Of a stretch of DNA of 64,000 bases, positions 36,701 through 49,099 are shown one piece after another. The notes under the pieces were generated by a model. The model had not been told where the DNA came from. It made no database searches and saw only the letters and a program-made list of their open reading frames with translations. The first letter of the stretch is position 1; each line of letters starts with the position of its first letter. The DNA is taken from the NCBI RefSeq assembly GCF_036971445.1, contig NC_091473.1, positions 195,424,001 through 195,488,000 of the forward strand. Direction: 5' to 3'. Both the position numbers and the translations under genes were made by a program. The stretch comes from Narcine bancroftii. Taxonomy: Eukaryota.

Positions 36701-37879
36701 GAGGTGCTGATTCAGACAGCAGGTAAACAGGCGATTCAGCCCATCTGCTCCGCGCCTGTCTACCTGGCCGAGTCCCATTGGCCTGCATTTGGCCCATGTC
36801 CCTCCACACCTTCCCAATCTGCCCTCTGCCCCTCTCCCTCCCTGGTTTCTGGCGCCCTGAGCCAGCCCTCCGCTCTCCCCTCCTCCCCCCTCAACCTGGA
36901 GTCTGCAACCCCTCGTGGCTGCTGCTCATCACGGGCGCCGTCATCTTGGGCCCAGACCCCACGGTCGCAGCCCGTACGGAGCCGAGTGTGTTAGACTGGG
37001 CGGTTGGACCCCGCGGGGGAGCGCTGTGTCTCCTCTCCCTGCTCTCCCGGGGTCCACACCAGCAGCAATGTCACCGTTACGGCAGCCCCCGACTGATCAT
37101 CGATGATTTGAATGCGGGAACGTGTAAACCGCGTAGGCTCATCATATCATGGAAGCAGGCCCTTCTGCCCATTGAGCCCATGCTGACCCTCAGTCACTGA
37201 TCTAACATGGGGCTGGGTGTATCCTCGGGAGTCGGATCAGGTGCCTGGACATGCCATAGGGATTACGTAAGGTGGTGTGTAAGTGGGGAAAACTGTTGAG
37301 AACCACTGGGGCAGAGGAAGCGACTGCCCCGAACTAACACTTGTATTGGAATGAATTAATTGACCAAAGTCGTGTGTGTGATTTCAAGTCCACCGTTTCC
37401 TGGCGAAGTTCGTCAACTTCACTCTGCATCAAACTCTACCTGAGCTTTATTTAACCCGACTCTCACTCTCTGACACGTTATTTTCTCTCCAAGTCTTCTG
37501 TTTAAATATTCAGGAGGACAAAGGTGTTGCTGCAATCGGATCCCTTCGGTGTCTCCAGAGACCACGGTCACCGGAGACAGCTGCTCTCCCAACCTGTAAC
37601 CAGACCAGGATATGGAGAGCCTGTGGTCACAACCCCTGCACCTCGCCAGCATCCAGCAGGTCTTGTGCTGAATGGAAATCGCTTGAATCAAGGACCCATA
37701 ACCCAGAGGTAAACACTTTATAAAGCGTCGCTGTCTTTGCACCCCCTTCATTCATCCTGCAACCCCGACCCATTGCATTTCTTCGACTTGCAGTCTAATT
37801 ATCCGTAAAAAACAGCCTCTTCTTCCCTCATATCTACTGGCCTCTCAAAACCCCATAATTTCTCCTTCTGCGACTTCTC

Positions 37880-38880
37880 AGAATGGGCTTGCCTGTAGAA
37901 AGCAGAGAGTAGTGGTGGACTGAGAATATTCTGCCTGGAGGTCGGTGACTGGTAGAGTTCCGCAAGGATCTGTTCTGGGACCCCCCCCCTGCTCTTTGTG
38001 ATTTTTCTAAATGACCTGGATGAAGAGGCGGAAGGAGGGGTCAATAAGCTTGCAGATGACACGAAGGTTGGAGGAGTTGTGGATGAAGTAAGGTTACAAG
38101 AGGATAGAGTTGGGCGGAAAAGGGGCAGATGGGGTTCAATCTGGTTAAACGTGAAGACAAACCAGAAGGCTGAGGACAGAGTTAATGGTCTGTTACTTAG
38201 GAGTGTGGATGAACAAAGGGACCTTGGGGGTCCAAATCCATACATCCCTCAAGGTTGGGACCCTGGGCTTCATTAGTTGGGGGATTGAATTCAAGAGTAG
38301 AGAGGTCATGTAACTCAACAAATCTCTGGTGAGACCACATTAGGAGTATTGTGTTCAGTGTTCAGTTCTGGTTGCCTCATTACAAGAAGGATGTGGAAGC
38401 TGTGGAGAAGGTGCAGAGGAGGTTCACCAGGATGTTGCCTGGATTGGAAAATAAGTCTTATGAGGAAATGTTATCAGAGCTGGGAATTTTCTCTTTGGAC
38501 CAAAGAAGGATAAGAGGAGACTTATAGAGGTTGACAAGATTATGAGAGACATAGATAGGGTGGACAGCCAGCACCTGTTTCCCAGGGTAGGAATAGTCAA
38601 CATAGAGGACACGTGTACAGAGTGAAGGGAGGGAAATTTAGGGGGGATGTCAGGGATAAGTATTTTTATACAGAGAGTTGTGGGGGCCTGGAATGAATTG
38701 CCAGGGATGGAGGTGGAGGCTGGAACAATAGGGGCATTTAAGAGACTCTTAGACACAAGGATGGAAGAAAAATAGAGGGTTAAGGGGTAGGGAGAGTTTC
38801 ATTTTTTTTCCATCATAAATGAAGGTTGGAACAGCTTTGGGGGCCAAAGGGCCTGCACTGTGCTCTAACGTTCCATGTTC
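37880..38880 (+). mobile_element. CR1 fragment
   Basis: FLNDLDEEAEGGVNKLADDTKVGGVVD, plus a 3' UTR like the other CR1 copies. Confidence 0.85.
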
Positions 38881-40219
38881 TGCAGGATGTCAATTGCCTA
38901 ACCATAACCCCTAACTCCGACTCTTACCCTTAACTCAAACCCTAGTCCCTAACCCTAGCTCATGACTTCAACTCTGCCCTCAAATCCACCGACCATTTCT
39001 CTTCCCTCTCTGCCTCCATTTCAGGAAGTGGTGCAGAGATGGATGGGTCCCCCACCTAGATTGAGAAAGTTGTTACTCTGGATCTGCATCTGCTGGAGTT
39101 TACTGGAGTGAAAGAGGACTTAAGACCTTGATGTTGGGTGGGGGGGGGGGGGGTGCAGAGGAATCTACAACATGGAGGTTACTTTCTTCACCCTAAGCTT
39201 GACCCTCTCCATTCTACCTCAACCATAAACTACTCTGGGGCCACCAGCCAATCTGCTGCCTGACTTCTGAGGCTGGAGAAATAATAATGGGAGACGGTGG
39301 AGAAACTAAATGAATATTTTGGCTCAGGATTCGCTGTGGAAGATGCTCGCAGTGAAACATCACCCTTTCCTTGCAGCGATGCCATCTGTGATTTTAGTTC
39401 CTGTTGGCTCTGTGTGACCTGCTGCGTTTCTCCAGCACTGCACTAGATCCTCGCATCAGCAGATTTTATTGATCAATTCTGTGAATATTTATCTACCCTT
39501 CTCTATTTATTATCGCCAGCATTTTGTGTGTATGATGGTGAAATCTCATGCACAAAATCATCCACTGACATTTACTGCAAACCCAGTGACCCCACCCCCC
39601 CTCATACCCACAGATACATAGTCTGCACCTCTGCCCACTCCTGTAAGGTGGTCGTCCCTTATTCTCAGAGCGTCCACCTTCCCGTGTGCCCATTTCCCTG
39701 TTAGGTCTGTAACAATCTGCATCTCTGCCCACAAAATATCCTTCACGCCCCCTTGAAACCATAGGAGCATAACCAGCCCATTGAGTCTGCCCCAACATTT
39801 AATCATGAACTGGTCCATTTCCCCACTCAGCCCCTCTACCTGGCCTTCTCCCCATAACCTTTGATGCCCTGGCTAATTAAGAATCTAACAATCTCTGCCT
39901 TAAATACACCCAATGACCCGGCCTCAACACCCACCTGTGGTAACAAATGCCACAGATTCACCTCCCTTCGGGTGAAAAATTTCCTCTGCATCTCTGCTCC
40001 AAGTGGATGCCCATCAATCCTGTACGAGACTCTCCCATTAATCTTCTCTTCTTTATCCTAAAGCAGTGGGAATATATATCCACGAATCCATTACGTTTGG
40101 GCAGGTCAGTCAAATGAAGCTTTCCTTTTGGTTCATAAATTAACTACTTCAGAATCAGAATTTATTGTCATGAACGTCATGAAATTCAGTGTTTTGTGGC
40201 AGCGTCACAGGGCAAACAT

Positions 40220-40890
40220 TCTGCCACTTGTCCCTAACCAGGCCCAGTTAACTACTTGCCCCCAACCTCGTCCATCTAACCACGTGTCCCCAACCAGGTC
40301 CAACTAACCATGTGTCCATAACCAGGTCTAACTAACTACTTGTTCCCAACCAGGTCCAACTAACCACTTGTCCATAACCAGGTCCAACTAACCACCTGTC
40401 CCCAACCAAGTCCAATTAACCACTTGTCCATAACCAGGTCCAACTAACTACTTGTCCCCAACCAAGTCCAACTAACCACTTGTTCCCCAACCAGGTCCAA
40501 CTAACCACTTGCCCCTAACCAGGCCCTACTAACCACGTGTCCCCAACCAGGTCCAATTAACCACTTGTCCCTAACCAGATCCATCTAACCACTTTCCTCC
40601 AACCAGGTCCAACTAACCACTTGTCTTGAACCTATCCAAGTAACTAGTCTCTAACTTGTCCAAATTAACCCACCCCAACTACTACTCTGACCACATTCAG
40701 TGAGTCATTGATGCCCAACTCAACTGATGATCCTGAACCAGACCCAACTAACTCTTCACCGCACGAGCAGGTCCAAGTAACCTGCCCCTTACCGGACCAA
40801 ACCAAACCATCTAATCGAGACTCAGACCCAAGTAACCAGGTAATTTCAGTCTAACCAACAAGGCAACTTAACAAAATCCACCTAACCAGA
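40220..40890. repeat. 28-bp tandem repeat
   Basis: Unit AACCAGGTCCAACTAACCACTTGTCCCC (ACCAGG at 40321 and 40349), degenerating after ~40630. Confidence 0.9.
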
Positions 40891-40899
40891 CACAAATAA

Positions 40900-41482
40900 C
40901 ATTGGACAAGAAGTTTTTTTCAAGAGGTTTGCTTCCTGAAACAAAAGTGGGGACTATGATGGACAATGTCAAGCTGAATACAAAGATAATTTCAGATTCG
41001 TTCTATCACGTAGGAAGTTGGAGAAACATAATGAACTTTTATTGAATTGACCATGTTTAATGTCAGTTCAACTGACCTAAAAATGTTTTGCCGCTGATTT
41101 TCATTTGTACTCAGCATCTGATGCCTCTTGTGTCCAACAATAGTCGGCCGGCATTGATGGATTCCAGTTGCCCTGATACCACTTTTCCACAGTTGAAATG
41201 TCCCGGTGAAACTTTTCACCATGTTCGTCGCTGACTGCACTGAGATCGGCCAGGAAGGAGTCCATGAGTGAACGCAGAAAATGAATTTTTAATGACATAT
41301 TGAACTTCACGGTTTTGGATGTTTGAAGTTGACTTAAGATATGACAGGAAATGACAAACATAGGTTATATCTGATAAAAGGTACGTGATAGGAAATGTTT
41401 AAGGCGATTTTTGTGATCAGCAGCCCACAATCCATAAATACACCCAAAAGTGTTCAGGAAGCAAAATCTTGGTTGTCTGGTG
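40900..41482 (-). mobile_element. Internally deleted Chapaev3-like DNA transposon
   Basis: Encodes MSLKIHFLRSLMDSFLADLSAVSDEHGEKFHRDISTVEKWYQGNWNPSMPADYCW, which matches my recollection of the Chapaev3 transposase C-terminus. Imperfect TIRs CATTGGACAA...TTTGCTTCCTGAA / CACCAGACAA...TTTGCTTCCTGAA. Flanks TAA/TAG resemble a TWA TSD. Confidence 0.7.
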
Positions 41483-41679
41483 TAGTTAGTGGACGATTCC
41501 CAGCACCTGGTTAGTTGGGTGGTGGGGAATTCTGGTGCTCTGGGGCAGGGGATCTACCTACTGTGCCCACTCTCCACCGTAAATGTCAGTGAGACCCAGC
41601 TTTGTGTTTTTAAGAATCACTCCGCTGATTGGATGAGCTGGAAATTTCATTCAGCCAATCACTGGGCATGGATATAAAC

Positions 41680-42310
41680 CACAGTGCTGGAGAAACTCAG
41701 CAGGTCGAACAGAAAACTTTGTATAGCAAAGGTAAAGATACATCAACTAACGTTCCGGGCTTGATCAGGGTACAAACAAAAGTTCAAAATGCACTGGGGC
41801 TGTAGGTTAATGGGGTGGAATTGGTCGGCACGGACTTGTGGGCTGAAATGGGCCCTTCTGTGCTGTCTGTCTCTGTTTAAAATTAACTTTTTAAAAATGT
41901 TGGCAGGCACCCAAACAAATCAGTTGGGGGGGGTGAAGGAGGTAGGGGTAGGGGGAGGAGCACAGCCACACAAACAGGAGGTGATAGGTGGATCAAGGAG
42001 GGAGGACACAGCACCAAACAGGGGGCAGGGCAAGGTCGATGTTAATGCCATCTGGATGGAGAGGGCCCAGACAGAATCCATGGTGTTGCTCCTCTAATTT
42101 ACAGATGGTCTTGGTGGGACTGTTCAGAAGGTCATGGACAGACATGTCAGTGCAGGAGGCAGGCGCGGAATTGAAGTGGTCGGCCACTGGGTAGTATTGT
42201 CATTGGTGACCACCCTGTCATTGGTGCGGATGGAGCGAAGATGCTCAGTGTAGCGATCTCCCAGCCTGCGCCCAGTCTCTCCGATGTAGAGAAGGCCCCA
42301 GGCGTGATGG
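41680..42310 (-). mobile_element. Penelope-like element fragment (GIY-YIG endonuclease), with a small CR1 piece inside
   Basis: LLYIGETGRRLGDRYTEHLRSIR and VADHFNS...KLEEQH...LHPDGINID. Confidence 0.78.
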
Positions 42311-42919
42311 GGTGAGACAGCCATCTTGATATCATCCTGTAATTGTAGCCCTTGACCAGGGGAACTCCAGGGCGAAGGGGAGTGCATCCTTGCCTGTCCA
42401 CCCTGGCTTCCGCCTCGCATGTCACCTTGGAATTTGCCACCCGAATTATCGTCCTTTCATGTTGCTGCTTCTTCCGGAGATCTCAGAGAGAAGCCATGCC
42501 TTCTGGTGCTCTTTTGCAGACCAGCCTTCTCCCCACTTTCGGACGTGACCAGAGACACCTGCAGGGATATCGGAAGAGGGCGAGTCAGGTAGGTTGGGAC
42601 GTCGTGAGAGTATTCATGCACAGAGACTCGACCTGGCAAGAAGAGGCTGGAGGGACTGAGCAAATCAAGTGGCGTCTGTGAGGACAAACAGTCCATCCAC
42701 GTTTCAGCTCTTGACGAAGGGCCCTGATCTGAAACATGGATGGGCCGTTTCCCTCCTCGGACCCTGCCCAAGCCCTTTCACCTTATTCACTCTGCATGCC
42801 TGTATCTTGTCTTTCACCAAAGAGGATGAACAGTTCGTGTCTGCAGCTAAAAGAACCCTGTTGGATCTCAACAGGTCAAGCAGGATAAAGAATGGTCACC
42901 GTTTCCAGTCGCAAACAAC

Positions 42920-44570
42920 AAAGTGAAGGAGCAGGCCATTCGGCCCTTTGAGCCAGCCCCACCATCCACCGCGAACATGGCCGATTATCACAATCAGTGC
43001 CCCGTTCCTGTCTTCTCCCTCGAATCCGTTATCTAACTCTTGTCTTGAAAGCCCCCAGAGAACAGGCCTCCGCTGCCTTCTGGGGCAGAGCGTTCCACAC
43101 ACCCACAACTCTCTGGGTGAAGACATTCTTCCTCAACTCTGTTCTAAACGGCCAATCCCTTATTCTTAAACTGTGGCCTCTGGTTCTGGACTCCCCCAAC
43201 ATTGGGAACATGTTTACTGCCTCTAGTGTGTCCAATCCCTTAATAATGTTTCAATCAGATCCCCTCTCCTCCTTCTAAATCCCAGACGCTCCAATCTTTC
43301 AACATATGGCAGTCCCGCCATCCCGGGAATTAACCTCGTGAACTCCCTCAAAAGCAAGAATGTCCTTCCTCAAACTTGGAGACCAGAACTGCACACAATA
43401 CTACCAGATTGAAAAAGCCCCTTCAGTCCATCTAGTCCATGCCAAACTATTTATATTGCCGAGGCCCATCAACCTGCACTCGAACCATCCATGAACCTGT
43501 TTGATCTTCTCATAAATGTTGAAATCATCCTCCAACCTCCACTTTCACTGACAGTTTGTTCCACACTCTCAGCGCTCTCTCAGTGAACATCAAAAATAGG
43601 AGCAGGAGTCGGCCATTTGGTCCGTTGAGCCTGCTCTGCCATTCAATGAGATCACGGCTGATCTGATGATGGGCCTTTTCCCCATACCCCTTAATTCCCC
43701 GACTATGTAAAGATCTATCCAACCTTGTCATAAATGTATTTACTGAGGTCGCCTCCACTGCTTCAATGGGCAGCGAATTTCACAGATTCACCACCCTCTG
43801 GGAAAAGAAGTTCCTCCTCATTTCCATCCTGAATCTTGAGGCTGTGTCCCCTCGTTCTGGTTTCCCCCACCAATGGAAACATCTTACCTACCTCAATCAA
43901 ATCTAAACTTTTTATAATTTTATATGTTTCTATAAAATCCCCTCTCATTCTTCTAAATTCCAGTGAGTCCAGACACAGACGACTCAATTTCTCCTCATAG
44001 ACCAACCCCCTCATCTCTGGAATCGACCTGACGAACCTCCTCTGCACCACTTCCAAAGCCAGTCCATCCTTCCTCAAGTAAGAAGGCCAGAACTGCACAC
44101 AGTTCTCCAGATGCGGCTTCGCCAGGACCTTGTACAGTTGCAGCAGGACCTCCCTGCTCCTAAATTCAGTCTGTCCAGCAATGAAGGGCCAGCGTTCCAT
44201 TCCTGATAGCCTACTGCACCTGCAAACCAACCTTTTATGTGAAGAGATTCCCCCAATATTCCCTTTAAGCATTTCCCCTTTCCCCCTTTTACCCATGTTC
44301 TTGTTTCACCCAACCTCAGTGGAAAAATCCTGCTTGGATTTAATCATTCTTACGTCAGTGGTGGGCAAACTATTGGAGAGGATTGATAGGGATAGGGTTT
44401 ATGAGCATTTAGAGAAGTCCCTAACCCTTCTCAGGGGTAGTCAACGTGGCTTTGTGAGAGGAAGGTCATGCCTCATGAGCCTAATCGAATCTTTTGAGGA
44501 AGTGGCAAAAAAAAGGATGACTTTTAGGAAGGAATTTGACAAGGTCCCATGGTAGACTCATTCAGAAAGT
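42920..44570 (-). mobile_element. Cluster of CR1 fragments (mostly minus strand; + strand RT piece at 44340-44570)
   Basis: SRTRGHSLRI, LLQLYKVLAKPHLENCVQFW, RMRGDFIETYKI. On +: LTSVVGKLLE...QRGFVRGRSC...FDKVP. Confidence 0.85.
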
Positions 44571-44949
44571 CTCACACACCCTCTGATGATCGACCCACAG
44601 AGATCCTCCAGCAGATTGTTTGCTGCTCGAGATTCTGGTGTCCCTCCTTCCCGATGGTAGTAGAGTGTGGTGGGGGTCCTTGAGGACAGAGGCTGCATAC
44701 TTAAGACACGACCTCCTGTAGATGTGCAAGATAGAGTGAAGTCAGGTGCCCGTGATGGCGCTGGCTGGGTTGACAACCATCTGGAATGTTATCTTGTCCT
44801 GAGTGTAGGCACCTACATACCAGACGGTGATGTACCCCATCAGGATGCTCTCCACCTGTAGATGTTTTCAACGCATGCTTGCCCACTGCTCAGGAACTTT
44901 AGATGTCTGGGTGTCAACATTTCCCATGATCTGTGACATGCCAAATCTC

Positions 44950-45830
44950 ACAAGATCACAAGAAAAAGACGCAGGCCATTCGGCCCATCGACTCTGCTCC
45001 ATGACACCTCCCTAGTTCCAGGTTCCAGCCTTGTCCCCATATCCCATGATACCCTGACCAATTAGATACCTATCAATTTCCCCTTTAAACTCCCCCAATG
45101 ATTCAGCCTCCACACCTACAGGTGGCGAGAAATTCCACAAATCCATGACCCTTTGGCTGAAGAAATTTCTCCTCATCTCTGTTGTAAATTGGTATTTTTT
45201 AATTCTAACTGTGATCTCTTGTCCTGGAATCACCCAACAGGGAAACATCTTATTTACATCCACAGAGTGGATGCACACAGTATCCAAATGGGGTCTCACC
45301 AGTGCCCCATAGAGTCTCATCAACACCTCTTTACTCTTATACACAGTCCCCTTTGAAACAAGTGCCCACATAGCATTTACCTTTACCACTGATCCAACCT
45401 CAAACTCATCATAAAGTATAGCCGCAGGCGAATTTTCTTCATGATTGCATCAACGTGGAGGCTCCAGGACAGATCCTCGGAGATGTTGACACCCAGGAAT
45501 TTTAAGTTCTTGACCCTTTCCACTACTGAGCCCTCGATGAGGTCTGGATCGCGCTCTTCTGACTCCCTCCTGAAGTCCACAATCCTTGGTTTTGCTGAAG
45601 TTGAGTGCAAGCTTGTTGTCGTTACACCATCCAACGAGCTGATCTATCTCCCTCCTGGATGCTCATTGCCGTTTGTGATTCTGGCGACAACCCTGGTGTC
45701 ATTGTCAAACTTGGAGGTGGCATTGGAATTGTGCCTGGCCACACAGTCAGGTGTAGAGAGAGTAGAGCAGTGGGTTAAGCACACAACCTTGTTGATTGTC
45801 AGTGAGGAGGAAACGTTTCCAATTCCTACT
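44950..45830 (-). mobile_element. CR1 3' fragment (44950-45380) joined to a Rex1 fragment (45380-45830)
   Basis: LYGALVRPHL / EMRRNFFSQRV, and VDFRR...VERVKNLKFLGVNISEDLSW. Confidence 0.8.
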
Positions 45831-46159
45831 GACTGTCACAGCCCAAAATCATGCTTTACAGCAAATAAATATTTCCCGGGCATTTTCTCTTCCTCCAAGC
45901 TGAGCTGTTCCCACCATTTACACATCTCCTCCTCAGATTCCCTCCCCAAAAACTTTCTTTAGCTGTTAATATGCTCTTGGATGAGAGATCTCAGCCTCTG
46001 AAGTCTAAAGTGTGGGAAAATTCTTCACAATAGATTATGGGCCAAAGATGGGATGACTGGATGGGATAGTTTGGTCACCAAGAGCAGGTTGGGCTAAAGA
46101 ACCAGTCACCACACTGGGTGACTCTGACGTTAGAGGTTTGGGGCTTGCATGAGTGGCTC

Positions 46160-46780
46160 ATTCAGAAAGTCATGAGCACAGATTGATAGGAGAGTTAAGA
46201 AGGCTGATGGGACACTGGGCTTCAATAGTCGGGGTATTGAGTTCAGGAGTAGAGAGGTTGTGTTGCAGCTAGATAAAACTCTGGTGAGCCCACACTTCGA
46301 GAATTGGGTTCAGTTCTGGTCACCTCATTACAGGAAGGATGTGGAACTGTGGAGAGGGGGCAGAGGAGATTCACCAGGATGTTGCCTGGATTGGAAAATA
46401 AGTCTTATTGAGGTAGGGTTAGCAGAGCTGGGACTTTTCTCTTTGGTTCGAAGAAGGATGAGAGGAGACTTGATAAAGGTTGACAAGATTCTCAGGGGCG
46501 TAGACAGGGTGGACAACCAGTGTCCATTTCCCAGGGTGGGAAGAGCCAACACCAGAGGACACGTGTACAGAGTGAAGGGAGGGAAGTTTAGGGGAGATGT
46601 TTTTTTCCACAGAGAGTTGTGGGAGCCTGGAATGCATTGCCAGGGATGGTGGTGGAGGCTCGAACATTAGGGGCATTTAAGAGACTCTCAGACAGGCTCA
46701 TGGATGGTAGAGGTTATGAGTAGGATTTAATTTTTTTGCCATCGAGGGCCGAAAGGCTTCTACTGTGCTGGATAGCTCTA
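46160..46780 (+). mobile_element. CR1 3' fragment directly upstream of the LINGO exon
   Basis: LVSPHFENWVQFWSPHYRKDV, RRMRGDLI. Confidence 0.85.
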
Positions 46781-46845
46781 GGTCCATTCCCTCATTGATC
46801 CTCTGACTGCTATGTCCACAGGTTCAGGCCGAGATCGCCACTGGA

Positions 46846-48645
46846 ATGATGTCCGCCGCTGGATGGTGGAGTGTGCTCCTCCTGCTCCTGGCCCGTCCAC
46901 CGAGCCCGACATTAGCCTGCCCCTCAGCCTGCCAGTGCTGGTCCCAGAACCGGACGGCAGTCTGCCAGGGCCGCCGCCTACCTTCTGTCCCCCGTGGGTT
47001 TCCAGCCACCACCCGCCGGCTGGATCTTAGCGACAACCTGATCCGGTTGGTGAGCCGCGCCGACTGGACACGTCCCTCATCCTGGGCCCGCCGGCTGGAG
47101 GAACTCAACCTACGCCGCAACCTGCTGTCCCAGCTCCGACCCGGGGCCTTCGAGGGCCTGGGCAGCCTGCGGGCCCTTGACCTGCGGGCCAACCAGCTCC
47201 GGCTGCTGGAGCCTGGCAGCCTGCGGGGCCTGTCAGGCCTGGCCACCCTGGACCTGAGCCTTAACCCATTGGTCGCCCTGCTGGATGGTGGCCTCGAGGG
47301 CCCATCTGGCCTGCAAGCCTTGGCCCTGGGTGACCCCAGCCTGGTGCATGTGGGGGATGAGGCTTTCAGAGGCCTGGGCGGCCTGGAACAGCTAGTGGTG
47401 GAGGGTTTAGCAGTAGAGGAGGCTCCAGCCTCTGCACTGGGCCTGCTGGCCAATCTGACTGTGCTTAGGCTGAGGGATATGCCCAGGCCTAGCTTGCTGC
47501 CTCCTGCCTGGCTCAGTGGCCTGGGCCTCCTGAGGGCCTTGGAGCTGGATGGCTGGCAGGGCCTGGGAGTGCTGGACCCAGACGCCCTGCAGGGCCTGAC
47601 CCTGGTCTGGCTCTCTATCACCCGCTGCAACCTGAGCGAGGTGCCCTATGCCGCCCTTCGGCCCCTCTCCCAGCTGCGCTTCCTCAACCTATCCCACAAT
47701 CCCATCCGCACCATCCGCGGGGTCCTGCTGCACCACGTAACGCGGCTGCAGGAGCTGCGACTGGCTGGTGCCCAACTGGTCTCTGTGGCACCTGGCGCCT
47801 TCCGTGGATTGGCTGGCCTGCGCCTGCTCGATGTCACGGCCAATCAGCTGGACTGCCTGGAGGTGACGTCGTTCCGCACGGCCGCTGGGCTGCAGAGCCT
47901 GGGCCTAGGCAACAACCCACTGGCCTGCGACTGCCGCCTGCTGTGGCTGGCCCGTAGGCGTCAGCGCATCACCTTCCTGGGCCCAGGGCCAATGTGCACT
48001 ACACCAGAGCCTGCGCGAGGCCTGCGGCTGGACCGCATGACCGAGCCATTCCCAGCTGGGGCCTTCCGCTGCCGCCGGCCACGCATCCGTGACAAATCCC
48101 CGGCCCAGCAGCTGCAGGTCCGCGAGGCCCAGACGGTGGACCTGCGTTGTCGGGCCTCGGGCATACCTCCCCCGGACATACTGTGGCTCAACCCCCGGCG
48201 CCAGCGCCTAGTTCCTGGCCCTGGGCCAAAGATAGGCCCTGGCGTCGGCCGCAGCCGCCTCCTGGCTGACGGCACTCTGCAGATCACCGGTGTGCGGCCC
48301 TTGGACACCGGTTCCTATCGCTGTGTGGCCCGCAACGCAGCTGGCAATGATACGGCCTCAGCTTGGCTTCAGGTGCGGCCGCTGACGGCCAGCGAACTGG
48401 CACTGGGCTCTGGCCCACACCCCCAGCACCCTGCGGCTGCCGGGCCCCGCGCCCTGGCCATCGCTACCACATTGGGTCTGGCCTCCTTCCTCGGTGTGCT
48501 CGCCACCTGCTTCTCCCTGCTGCTGTTGTGGAGCCGGGCCTGCGGGCCCATCCGTCACAACACCCATATTGAGTTTGTTCCCCACGCTGGCGGCGAGGAC
48601 GGAGAGGCCCGGGCCGACGGCAGATTGAACGTCAAGATGGTGTGA
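46846..48645 (+). CDS. LINGO4: Leucine-rich repeat and Ig domain-containing Nogo receptor-interacting protein (LINGO family, most like LINGO4), 599 aa
   Basis: Signal peptide, LRRNT ACPSACQC, about 12 LRRs, LRRCT NPLACDCRLLWL, I-set Ig (CRASGIPPP...DGTLQI...DTGSYRCVARNAAGND), TM helix, and tail HIEFVPH...RLNVKMV (cf. LINGO IEYVPR...KFNMKMI). ITRCNL, RLQELRLxGAxL and LLDV favour LINGO4, as does linkage to JTB. Acceptor CCACAG| at 46821 is in frame with the ATG. The family is near-certain; the paralog call is about 0.6. Confidence 0.9.
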   Translation: MMSAAGWWSVLLLLLARPPSPTLACPSACQCWSQNRTAVCQGRRLPSVPRGFPATTRRLDLSDNLIRLVSRADWTRPSSWARRLEELNLRRNLLSQLRPGAFEGLGSLRALDLRANQLRLLEPGSLRGLSGLATLDLSLNPLVALLDGGLEGPSGLQALALGDPSLVHVGDEAFRGLGGLEQLVVEGLAVEEAPASALGLLANLTVLRLRDMPRPSLLPPAWLSGLGLLRALELDGWQGLGVLDPDALQGLTLVWLSITRCNLSEVPYAALRPLSQLRFLNLSHNPIRTIRGVLLHHVTRLQELRLAGAQLVSVAPGAFRGLAGLRLLDVTANQLDCLEVTSFRTAAGLQSLGLGNNPLACDCRLLWLARRRQRITFLGPGPMCTTPEPARGLRLDRMTEPFPAGAFRCRRPRIRDKSPAQQLQVREAQTVDLRCRASGIPPPDILWLNPRRQRLVPGPGPKIGPGVGRSRLLADGTLQITGVRPLDTGSYRCVARNAAGNDTASAWLQVRPLTASELALGSGPHPQHPAAAGPRALAIATTLGLASFLGVLATCFSLLLLWSRACGPIRHNTHIEFVPHAGGEDGEARADGRLNVKMV

Positions 48646-48659
48646 AGCTGAGTCATCGT

Positions 48660-49030
48660 GGGGCATGTGACAGGCAGCATCAACCCTATACATGTCATCC
48701 CCACACATGACAGGCAATGTCATCCCACACACGTCATCCCTACAAGACAGGACACGTCATCCCTACATGCGACAGGCAGTGTCATCCCTACATGTGTCAT
48801 CCCCACACGTGACAGGCAGTGTCATCCTCACACGTGACAGGCCATATTATCCCCACAGGTCATCCCCATACGTGACAGGCAGCGTCATCCCCACATGTGA
48901 CAGGCCATGTCATCCCCACACGTGTCATCCCCACAAATGTCATCCCTACAAGTGACAGGGAGCGTCATACCCACGTGACAGGCAGCATCATCCCCACACG
49001 TCATCCCTACACGTGACATGCCATGTCAAT
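48660..49030. repeat. ~27-bp degenerate tandem repeat in the presumed LINGO 3'UTR
   Basis: GTGACAGGCAGCGTCATCCCCACAC-like units starting about 15 nt after the stop codon. Confidence 0.85.
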
Positions 49031-49099
49031 GAGGGGGAAAACACATCATCCCTAGCTGTCACAGACCCTTGATACACACTGATGTCACAGACCTGTGAT

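Noticed and set aside
38895-38960. Interstitial telomeric repeat
   Set aside because: Only a few degenerate CCCTAA-like hexamers; too short and diverged to support.
42352-42681. FFRRSQ motif suggesting a ROR nuclear-receptor zinc finger (RORC neighbours LINGO4 in human)
   Set aside because: There is no AG acceptor at the expected place and no following zinc-finger cysteines, so it is a chance match.
46824-48732. Antisense ORFs over LINGO
   Set aside because: Shadow ORFs of a GC-rich CDS with no recognisable domain.
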